64,000 nucleotides of DNA from Macrostomum hystrix (lineage: Eukaryota; Animalia; Platyhelminthes), in NCBI GenBank assembly GCA_950097015.1, contig CATNEN010000007.1, forward strand, positions 10,726,001-10,790,000. The letters are read 5' to 3'. Position 1 is the first letter of the stretch; the number at the start of each line of letters is the position of its first letter. The notes beneath the pieces were generated by a model. The model was not told where the DNA came from and searched no databases. It saw nothing but the letters and a program-made list of their open reading frames with translations. This document shows positions 12,165 to 22,567 of the stretch, in pieces. The translations under genes and the position numbers were made by a program.

Positions 12165-15100
12165 GCTACGCTCTTTCTAGGAATGCACTGTTCATGCTAT
12201 TCAGGCTACGCTCTTTCTAGGAATGCACTGTTCAGGCTATTCAGGCTACGCTCTTTCTAGGAATGCACTGTTCATGCTATTCAGGCTACGCTCTTTCTAG
12301 GAATGCACTGTTCAGGCTATTCAGGCTACGCTCTTTCTAGGAATGCACTGTTCAGGCTATTCAGACTACGCTCTTTCTAGGAATGCACTGTTCAGGCTAT
12401 TCAGGCTACGCTCTTTCTAGGAATGCACTGTTCAGGCTATTCAGGCTACGCTCTTTCTAGGAATGCACTGTTCATGCTATTCAGGCGACGCTCTTTCTGG
12501 GAATGCACTGTTCAGGCTATTCAGGCTACGCTCTTTCTAGGAATGCACTGTTCATGCTATTCAGGCTACGCTCTTTCTAGGAATGCACTGTTCAGGCTAT
12601 TCAGGCTACGCTCTTTCTAGGAATGCACTGTTCAGGCTATTCAGGCTACGCTCTTTCTAGGAATGCACTGTTCAGGCTATTCAGGCTACGCTCTTTCTAG
12701 GAATGCACTGTTCATGCTATTCAGGCTACGCTCTTTCTAGGAATGCACTGTTCAGGCTATTCAGGCTACGCTCTTTCTAGGAATGCACTGTTCAGGCTAT
12801 TCAGGCTACTGTTGTGCACGTGCGCTTGCACTGCTCAAGTGCACTCGCCCCCCTGCGCAACAAGTGCACTCGCAGTTGTTTTTGGCATTGTTGTTTTGGC
12901 GTTAAAGGCTCAGCGGTGTAAGCCGCTTAGCCGCCATTGTGTTGGCTGCGCGCTGGTTGGCTGGGCCGCCCTTTTTGGTCCTCGCCCCAGGCTGCCCCTC
13001 CCCCAGCTGCGCCGTGATTGGCCGGTGGGTAGCTGGGCCGGGGTGGTGGGTGGGGGTGGGGCGGGGGAGGGGGCCCCGGCCCTTCGTGAGCCGTGTCCTA
13101 TAAAGGCGCGGCCGGGGGCGGGTGGCTGCCCCGTGCGCGTGTTCACGCTCTACAACGCCTGACTCTGTTTCCATAACCCGTCCCCCACGCACAAATAATA
13201 ACTAATAAATATCGACCACCCGGTCTGCCAGCCGCAATCAGAAGTCCGCTGAACGAAGTTGACTACCCGCACGAGTGCGAGTGAACCAGAAGTAAGTCGC
13301 TGCCTTGTCTCCTTCATTTCGGGGGCTGTAGTGGGGACCGTCCGTGTGTCCTGACGCCGACTAAGGAGGGGGACTAGACCAGGTAGCCAGCCAGGGGTCA
13401 CCCTGTACTGTACGCCCGCTGTACTCAGACGCCAGCTCGTGCGCCCTGCCGCCCCGCTGAAGGGTGATCGACATCACAGCGTCCCGACGCGTGTGCCGGC
13501 CACTTGGGTGCGTCCTGACGCCCCAGACTTAGGGTCCCGTGCGGACACTCGCGCCCTGACGCAGGCCAGCACGGGCCCGCGTACTCTGACCCTCCTAGGG
13601 GCACCCCTCCGGGAAGTCGCGAGTACAACACTACGCTCTTTCTAGGAATGCACTGTTCAGGCTATTCAGGCTACGCTCTTTCTAGGAATGCACTGTTCAG
13701 GCTATTCAGGCTACGCTCTTTCTAGGAATGCACTGTTCATGCTATTCAGGCTACGCTCTTTCTAGGAATGCACTGTTCAGGCTATTCAGGCTACGCTCTT
13801 TCTAGGAATGCACTGTTCATGCTATTCAGGCGACGCTCTTTCTGGGAATGCACTGTTCAGGCTATTCAGGCTACGCTCTTTCTGGGAATGCACTGTTCAG
13901 GCTATTCAGACTACGCTCTTTCTAGGAATGCACTGTTCAGGCTATTCAGGCTACGCTCTTTCTAGGAATGCACTGTTCAGGCTATTCAGGCTACGCTCTT
14001 TCTAGGAATGCACTGTTCAGGCTATTCAGGCTACGCTCTTTCTAGGAATGCACTGTTCAGGCTATTCAGGCTACGCTCTTTCTAGGAATGCACTGTTCAG
14101 GCTATTCAGGCTACGCTCTTTCTAGGAATGCACTGTTCAGGCTATTCAGGCTACGCTCTTTCTAGGAATGCACTGTTCATGCTATTCAGGCTACGCTCTT
14201 TCTAGGAATGCACTGTTCAGGCTATTCAGGCTACGCTCTTTCTAGGAATGCACTGTTCATGCTATTCAGGCTACGCTCTTTCTAGGAATGCACTGTTCAG
14301 GCTATTCAGACTACGCTCTTTCTAGGAATGCACTGTTCAGGCTATTCAGGCTACGCTCTTTCTAGGAATGCACTGTTCATGCTATTCAGGCTACGCTCTT
14401 TCTAGGAATGCACTGTTCATGCTATTCAGGCTACGCTCTTTCTAGGAATGCACTGTTCATGCTATTCAGGCTACGCTCTTTCTAGGAATGCACTGTTCAG
14501 GCTATTCAGGCTACGCTCTTTCTAGGAATGCACTGTTCATGCTATTCAGGCTACGCTCTTTCTAGGAATGCACTGTTCAGGCTATTCAGGCTACGCTCTT
14601 TCTAGGAATGCACTGTTCATGCTATTCAGGCTACGCTCTTTCTAGGAATGCACTGTTCAGGCTATTCAGGCTACGCTCTTTCTAGGAATACACTGTTCAG
14701 GCTATTCAGGCTACGCTCTTTCTAGGAATGCACTGTTCATGCTATTCAGGCTACACTCTTTCTAGGAATGCACTGTTCATGCTATTCAGGCTTCGCTCTT
14801 TCTAGGAATGCACTGTTCAGGCTATTCAGGCTACGCTCTTTCTAGGAATGCACTGTTCATGCTATTCAGACTACGCTCTTTCTAGGAATGCACTGTTCAG
14901 GCTATTCAGGCTACGCTCTTTCTAGGAATGCACTGTTCAGGCTATTCAGGCTACGCTCTTTCTAGGAATGCACTGTTCATGCTATTCAGGCTACGCTCTT
15001 TCTAGGAATGCACTGTTCAGGCTATTCAGGCTACGCTCTTTCTAGGAATGCACTGTTCAGGCTATTCAGGCTACGCTCTTTCTAGGAATGCACTGTTCAG

Positions 15101-15595
15101 GCTATTCAGGCTACGCTCTTTCTAGGAATGCACTGTTCATGCTATTCAGGCTACACTCTTTCTAGGAATGCACTGTTCATGCTATTCAGGCTACGCTCTT
15201 TCTAGGAATGCACTGTTCATGCTATTCAGGCTACACTCTTTCTAGGAATGCACTGTTCATGCTATTCAGGCGACGCTCTTTCTAGGAATGCACTGTTCAG
15301 GCTATTCAGACTACGCTCTTTCTAGGAATGCACTGTTCAGGCTATTCAGGCTACGCTCTTTCTAGGAATGCACTGTTCAGGCTATTCAGGCTACGCTCTT
15401 TCTAGGAATGCACTGTTCAGGCTATTCAGGCTACGCTCTTTCTAGGAATGCACTGTTCAGGCTATTCAGGCTACGCTCTTTCTAGGAATGCACTGTTTAG
15501 TCTACGGCTCTTTCTAGGAATACACTGTTTAGTCTACGGCAGTTTATAGGAATGCACTGTTCAGTCTACGGCAGTTTCTAGGAATGCACTGTTCT
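12165..15595. repeat. 40-bp satellite (gctacgctctttctaggaatgcactgttcaggctattcag), interrupted by a solo LTR
   Basis: Tandem units at 12165-12809 and 13631-15595. Confidence 0.95.
12810..13630 (+). mobile_element. Solo LTR (821 bp), probably Gypsy-type
   Basis: TGTTGT...ACAACA termini and a 4-bp target duplication ctac (12806-12809 / 13631-13634). Contains a TATA box (tataaa ~13100) and AATAAA (~13204). No coding capacity. Confidence 0.85.
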
Positions 15596-15992
15596 GAAAA
15601 TTTAGGCTATCAAAAGTGCAATTCATTATTCTAGTCCGATCTGTGCAGTTGATGTCGATTAAATCGTTATGCCTTGAGTCCAAAAGCATCAAGTCAGCAA
15701 ACTAGATATAGATAATAGATATAGATAATATTGAAAATAAGTCACCATGGACACAAAATAGAATGTGTGGAGGTGCACAGCCACCAGCAAAAAATGTATT
15801 TATTTTAGCAGTAGCATAATACATTCTGAATCAACACATCAAGTAGAGTACCATCACGCTAACAATCAAACAATAACAATAGAATCTGAACGATACAACT
15901 CGTTCAATATGGTAAAATAGCGAAACTCCAATTCTGGGTTATTGTGAACTATCAGTGTCGCAGGGGAGTCGAAGACGCAACGAAGCTGGAGT

Positions 15993-18900
15993 CTACAGGG
16001 GACGTCCGACAGCCGCCGATGCCTGCCCGCAGGCCAGCTGCCGCACAGCCTCCAGTAGGTTGGTCTCGCTGGTCAGCAGTTCTCGGAGACGCTGCTGCTC
16101 ATCATCGGAGCGGCAGTACACAAGGCAGTGCCCGCCATCGACGCGCACGCGGCCCCGCGATTGGACCAGAGCGGCGACGCAGCTGGGCGGGTCGGCCAGC
16201 ACCAGAAGGTTGCAGCGCGGCAGGTCGAGTCCCTCGCAGGCGATGGGCGTTGCAGCCAAGATGTTGACCTCGCCGCGGCCCACCGACTCGAGTAGACGAC
16301 GCTGCTGAGGCACGGACATGCCGCCGCTCCCGCCGAGACCGTGGCCGAGGAGGCAGGCAGGGCGAAGGCCGCAGTCAGCGAATGCAGCGTGGGAGCCCAA
16401 CAGCTCGTGGAGGCGCTGAGCTGTAGCACGCTCGCGCACAATGACCAGCGTCAGGCCGCCATTGCTAACGGTGCCGCGAAGATCGTCGGCTAAGGCACGA
16501 AGTACGGAACCGCAGGCAGCTGAGGCCATTTGACACCCACGCAGTTGCTGCAGAGCCACAGCTAGCGTCCCAGCCGCCAGGCGCAGCTCGGCCAGCTGCT
16601 CCGATGACAGAATCAGCGGACACAGTCGGGCATCATCTAGAAAGTCGCCGAACTGCTGGTGGGAGCTGTCGCAGACGCTGAGGGCCAGGTCGCTGTGCAG
16701 CTGGAGAAATGGGAGCAGGTTGGGCGACTAAGATCTGCAGCAAAAGTCGAACTGGGATCTGGGAGAGTCGAACTGGAATCTGGCAGTCGAACTGGGATCT
16801 GGGAGTCGAACTGGGATCTGGGAGAGCCGAACTGGGATCTGGGAGAGTCGAACTGGGATCTGGGAGTCGAACTGGGATCTGGGAGAGCCGAACTGGGATC
16901 TGGGAGTCGAACTGGGATCTGGGAGAGTCGAACTGGGATCTGGGAGAGCCGAACTGGGATCTGGGAGAACCGAACTGGGATCTGGGAGTCGAACTGGGAT
17001 CTGGGAGAGCCGAACTGGGATCTGGGAGTCGAACTGGGATCTGGGAGAGCCGAATTGGGATCTGGGAGAGTCGAAAAGGGATCTGGGAGTCTAACTGGGA
17101 TCTGGGAGAGCCGAACTTGGATCTGGGAGTCGAACTGGGATCTGGGAGAGCCGGGACTCACCTCGCTGAGCTGGCGGAGGCAGTTAATCAGGAGGCCTAC
17201 TGGCTCGCAGACGGCGGTTCGAGCTGCCACCTCGTCTAGTACGCCAGCCAGACTCGGACAGTTAAGGCCACCGTTGGTTAGCAACTGATCAACAATAAGC
17301 ACAGCGTCAGGCGACCCAGCCGCATTGGCCGCAGTCTGCAGAGCGCGTAAAGCAGCGTCGGCGTAGTCGGTCAGGGCTTTCATGGCGGCCGCCTCTTCGG
17401 CTATCGGCGGCACCAGGCGACCAACCAGGCTGGCTCGGACAGAGAAGTCGGACAGCTCGGTCTGCGAGGCCGACGAGCTCGGCCAAGCCAGGCGGGCGCC
17501 ACCCAGCCTGTCCAGGAGGCCGAAGAGCATAGATTGTGTGGCCAGCAGGGTCGCCTGAATTGCATTGGTGCAGCTCTCAGGTTAGCAGCTTTCTGTTACT
17601 AATAATAGCAGCACTAGCAGCAGTGGTACCAGTGGTAGCAGCACTGGCAGCAGTGGTAGCAGCACTAGCAGCAGCACTAGCAGCAGTGGTAGCAGCACTG
17701 GCAGCAGTGGTAGCAGCACTAGCAGCAGCACTGGCAGCAGTGGTAGCAGCAGTGGTAGCAGCACTGGCTGCAGTGGTAAGCAGTGGTAGCAGCAGTGGTA
17801 GCAGCACTGGCAGCAGTGGTAGCAGCAGTGGTAGCAGCACTGGCAGCAGTGGTAGCAGCAGTGGTAGCAGCACTGTCTGCAGTGGTAAGCAGCACTGGCA
17901 GCAGTGGTAGCAGCAGTGGTAGCAGCACTGTCTGCAGTGGTAAGCAGCACTGGCAGCAGTGGTAGTAGGAGGGGTGGGGAGGTTCTAGCCGAGCTTTGAA
18001 CCCTTGACAGGTTTTGAACCGTAGTCGTACAGGAAACTATTTGTCTTTGAGCAAGTCACTTAATCAGCTGTAAAATGGGTACCAGCACAAGCTTAGGCTG
18101 TGTTTAGGACTGTGTGACTCCCACGCTTAGTCCATGGACTGAAAAGCTGTACATCTGGCACTACTAATTAGTGTTAGTTCGATCGATCAAGCAGTAGCGG
18201 CAGTTCTCAGCAATGGCGCACGAACCTGCCCAGCGGGCGATGCGGTGAAGCCGAGTAGCCGGGGCGCCTCAGTCGGCGGCATTCCGAGCACCTGCCGCGC
18301 CAGCAGGTGGTAGGGGTGCATGGCGCCGCAGTGGTGGGCCTCGTCCATGGCCAGCAGGCAGGTCTGGTCCAGGCGCAGAGACCCGGTGCGCAGGCAGTTG
18401 GCGTAGAACGCGGCCGTCGTCACCACCAGGTCAGCGGCGGCCAACGGCTGCTCGTCGGGCAGACTGAGCAAATCGCCGCAGACGGCGGCCACAGCCAGCG
18501 GCCGGATCTCCGTCGGGGTTGCCGCGGAGGTCGACGGCGGCGGCAGCGGACGAACGAATCGGCGCATGCGGACCTGGCGAACGGAATCAGCTTGAGGTAA
18601 GCCCAACTGCAATTCGACTAACTACTCAATTGAACTCACCTGGGCGAGCTGAGTACGCAAGAAGGCGGCCTGCTGCAGCACCAGCAGGACCTTGTCCACT
18701 AGGAACACCGCGCTGCGCAGCGGGTTTGCTTCCAGCGCAGCCAGCAGGGCTAGCGCCGCAACCAGCGTCTTGCCAGTGCCGGTTGGTAGGACACACAGCG
18801 CGTTGCCATGGAAACAGCACATCTGGTAGGCCTCCAGTTGGTAGGTACGCGGCCTCAATGTCGTCGGCCAGTCAAGACGGGCGGACGGCCAGGTGCCCGG

Positions 18901-21050
18901 AGCAGCAGCGGACACTGGCGGCGGCGCAGGACGGTCGGGCGCGGGGCAGCGGACGGCAAGACGGCGCCGGTGATCGCGACCGGCAACGTGGGCCGCAACG
19001 CTATTGCCATGGAGACGGATGCCGCACAGGTTACACAGGGAGTAGCCGTCAGCCAGCTGCGTCACGGGTTGATGGCTGGCTGCACTGGTGGTAGGGTGGT
19101 GGCGGCATCCCAGTGCAATCGTGTGGGTAGCAGAGATTGAAACGTGAAGGCAAGAATTGAAAAGTACTCACCGATAGCGAGATCCGGCTGGGGCCCATCG
19201 ATAGCTACGGAAGGCTGGGAAATACCGGCAGCGCGGAGACGCTTGAGATGGCTCTTACCCTGCTGGTGGTTCCGCATTTGGGGCCACGTATTGCACTGCA
19301 CGTTGCACACTTTGCACAGAAGCATGCCGCCTGGCTGGGCCTCAACCAGCTGCTGGCTTGAGGAGACGGCAGTGGGGGATGCGGCTGCGTTGGCGGCAGC
19401 TGGGGAGGCGGTTGCGTAGGCGGCAGAAAGAGAGGCGGTTGCCGGCGAGGCGGCAGTGGGCGAGGTAGAAGATAGGAGACCAGAGAAGCCGGACGGCGAG
19501 GGCGTCAAGCGACGAGCATCGATTCCCCAGCTAGCCAGGTTGATCGGCGAGTGTGATTTGGTTCCCAATTCTATGCTGGCTTCGTGTAATGCGAGCGTCG
19601 TTGAAGGCTGGAAACCGACGTTAGTCCTGGCTGATGAAGCGGCGGGGGTGGCGGGAGACGACGGTTGCAGCGAAGGTGCCATGGTGACCGGGAGCATGGA
19701 GGGTGAGCTGGCAGATGAGGAGGCCAGCTTTGATGCCGAGGCCGCCGCTATCGCTGCCGCCCGTCGGTGGGCCTGGCCATTCCAGTGGTCGGCCAGGTTG
19801 TTCATGCTGGTGGCGAAGATGCTGCACAGGTCGCACCTGAAACGGCCATCAGATTCCATGCGAAAAAATGGGCTGGACCGAATCTCACTGTGCAGCGGCG
19901 ACTGCCGGGATTGGTGAATCTGCTGGATCGGTTGCTGAAGTGGTTGTACGGGTTGTTGTAAACGTTCCTCGGGTTGCTGTACAGGTTGAACGGGTTGCTG
20001 GACAGGCTGCACGGGTTGATAAACAGGTTGCACGGATTGCCGGATGGGTTGCACGGGTTGCTGGACAGGTTGCATGGGCTGCTGGACAGGTTGCACGGGT
20101 TGCTGAAAAGGTTGCACGGGTTCCTGAGCAGGTTGCAATTGTCGTTGGACCGATGGTGGACATACGAGACGTGAAGGCCAGGCAGACAGGGCTGAAGATG
20201 CAGGCGGAGATATTCGCACTGACTGAAGCGATGTCTGCGGCGACTGGCTGACCTGAGCTCCTGACTGCAGAGTCATCTGCGCTAGCTGGTCAGAGAGGAA
20301 AGTCATCGCCTGCTGGCTGGTGGCAACAGCCGGTTGTCCCTGCTGTTGCAAGGGCCATGAGGCGAGCTCGCAGTGAGGCACCAGCGGCTGGGTGGAGGAC
20401 GCGGCCGACGGCTGCTGGCTGACTTCGGGCAGCCGGACCGACTGGTTCCTTTCCACGGCGTCGAAGTTCAACGCGCTGGCAGAACCGGCGACTCCGGAGC
20501 CTCCGTTGGCAGAGTTTGCTTGCGGCCCCCCGCCAATGCCAGCTATGCGAGCGGCATTGTTGTGCGCGCGGCCGCGCAGGTGGGAGGCCAGGTCATCCTT
20601 GGAGGTGGCGTGAATACGGCACAGGTCGCACCAGTACCAGACGACGCCGCCGCCGCGGTCTTCTTGCCGAACGTGCCCGGCCAGCAGGCAGTCGACGCCT
20701 TCGCGAGACTGTAGCTGCCGTCGGTGCGCCTGGCCCCTGCAGTGGGCGGCCAGGCTGGCCTCCGAGGTGCAGGCCACGTCGCAGATCAGGCAGCGGAAGG
20801 CCTGGCCCGCGGCCCCAGCCTGGACCCGGCTAGCGGCTTTCTGGTGCCGCTGGCCGCTGAGGTGGTCGGAGCGGTGACTGGCAGAAGTGAAAGTGACGCC
20901 GCACAAGCCGCAGTGGCTGCTGGTGACTTGTTGCTGCTCCTGGAAGAGGCGCAGAGGGGGACGGCTTTGCAGTAGCCTGTAGAAGGAAATCCAGATATGC
21001 GAGTCTGATCCCACACCTTAATGTGCGGGCAGAAATACCTTTGTAGGCAT
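15993..21050 (-). CDS. RIG-I/MDA5-like DExD/H RNA helicase with six N-terminal U1/matrin(JAZ)-type C2H2 fingers (~1220 aa); exons 21050-21039 (uncertain), 20939-19172, 19079-18640, 18573-18226, 17554-17162, 16700-15993
   Basis: Helicase motifs: Q PRTYQLE, I LPTGTGKT, Ia FLVDKVLLVLQQ, II DEAHH+HPY, III LGFTASP, V EGLDLPRCN, VI QSRGRVR. Fingers have C-x2-C-x11/12-H-x5-H spacing. Summed exon length is a multiple of 3. AATAAA on the minus strand at ~15800. Confidence 0.85.
16747..17152. repeat. 19/21-bp intronic minisatellite (gaactgggatctgggagagtc)
   Basis: Visible tandem units in a helicase intron. Confidence 0.9.
17605..17965. repeat. Low-complexity gcagcagtggta/gcactg repeat in a helicase intron
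   Basis: Visible tandem units. Confidence 0.9.
18035..18165 (+). mobile_element. Partial SINE copy (same family as 31905-32230)
   Basis: Shares the blocks gagcaagtcacttaa...cagctgtaaaatgggtaccagc...ccatggactga with the tRNA-headed copy. Confidence 0.55.
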
Positions 21051-21254
21051 AGCTGCCTAAGCTAGCTATCAGAAACACAGGCAAAACTGGCATGATAATG
21101 TCTCTGCGAGCGTATATCCCTATTACGAGTTAGTTAGCTAAATTTATCTTGAAGTTGTTTTCAAACCTTTCCTAAACGTTTCTATAATCTGCGACTTTTG
21201 CTTTGTTGTTGATTTTGATCATGTGGATTAAAAGGCTGAATTATCATCTATTAA

Positions 21255-21537
21255 CACTCGCCAGTGTACATTTCCCATAGAAAGCACACACTCGCCAGTG
21301 TACATTTCCCATAGAAAGCACACACTCGCCAGTGTACATTTCCCATAGAAAGCACACACTCGCCAGTGTACATTTCTCATAGAAAGCACACACTCGCCAG
21401 TGTACATTTCCCATAGAAAGCACACACTCGCCAGTGTACATTTCCCATAGAAAGCACACACTCGCCAGTGTACATTTCCCATAGAAAGCACACACTCGCC
21501 AGTGTACATTTCCCATAGAAAGCACACACTCGCCAGT
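21255..21537. repeat. 34-bp minisatellite
   Basis: cacactcgccagtgtacatttcccatagaaagca, about 8 copies. Confidence 0.92.
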
Positions 21538-22046
21538 CGATCAATATTTAGCTATCGCGCCTAAAAACTTTTTACAACGACCAACAAACTAATAACTTGC
21601 AGAAGAAAGTGAACTCAGCCGTTAATAAATAACCGATGGCGCGTCTAGCGCGCAGCGGGCCACACGCGTTCGTAGAATTTAATATAAATTAAGCCTTAAC
21701 AGACAGGTTTAAACAATAAAACAGCACTCCGCGCTGCCGGCGCGCGAACCGGTTAATTAAGTATAGAAAGAAACACTGCGAATGGACCATTGGCAGTGCA
21801 TTAGCACATCCTACGTACGCAAGAGGACAGTACAAAATAAACAATTTTTCAACAAGTGGTCAGCAAGTTTTATCACAAGCAAAAAAATAATATTGAATTT
21901 CAAAATTGAATGCTTTGCCAGCTGTAATAGCAGTTCAGAACTGACGCCAGTCAAGCTTCAGTACGTTTGATTAACAATATAATAAAAGTCCCATCGCAAA
22001 GCACCAACACGGATGAGCTCCTCGGAGAGGAGAAGGAAGAAGGAGA

Positions 22047-22520
22047 AGGATCCTCGGATGGGGAGATGGGAAGAAGGGATCCTCGGATGGGGATATGGGA
22101 AGAAGGGATCCTCGGATGGGGAGATGGGAAGAAAGGATCCTCAGATGGGATAGTGGGAAGAAGGGATCCTCGGATGGGGAGATGGGGAAGAAGGATCCTC
22201 GGATGGGGAGATGGGAAGAAGGGATCCTCGGATGGGGAGATGGGAAGAAAGGATCCTCAGATGGGATAGTGGGAAGAAGGGATCCTCGGATGGGGATATG
22301 GGAAGAAGGGATCCTCGGATGGGGAGATGGGAAGAAAGGATCCTCAGATGGGATAGTGGGAAGAAGGGATCCTCGGATGGGGAGATGGGAAGAAGGGATC
22401 CTCGGATGGGGAGATGGGAAGAAGGGATCCTCGGATGGGGAGATGGGAAGAAAGGATCCTCGGATGGGATAGTGGGAAGAAGGGATCCTCGGATGGGGAG
22501 ATGAGAAAAAGGGATCCGTG
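22047..22520. repeat. ~29-bp purine-rich minisatellite downstream of the GCP2 stop
   Basis: ggatcctcggatggggagatgggaagaag units. Confidence 0.9.
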
Positions 22521-22567
22521 GATGTAGAGATGGGAAGCGGTTGCTAAGCAGCTGCCAGGCGCGCAGC

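Noticed and set aside
8396-15595. 35- and 40-bp repeats as CRISPR arrays
   Set aside because: Head-to-tail units with no unique spacers, no cas genes, eukaryotic context.
15993-19079. Dicer or FANCM assignment for the helicase
   Set aside because: No PAZ, RNase III or nuclease exons follow. Motifs (VDKVLLV, HPY, TASP, QSRGR) fit the RLR clade better, pending phylogeny.
20939-21050. SL-donated start for the helicase
   Set aside because: A plausible genomic ATG micro-exon (ATGCCTACAAAG|gt) exists in frame, so SL dependence is not required.
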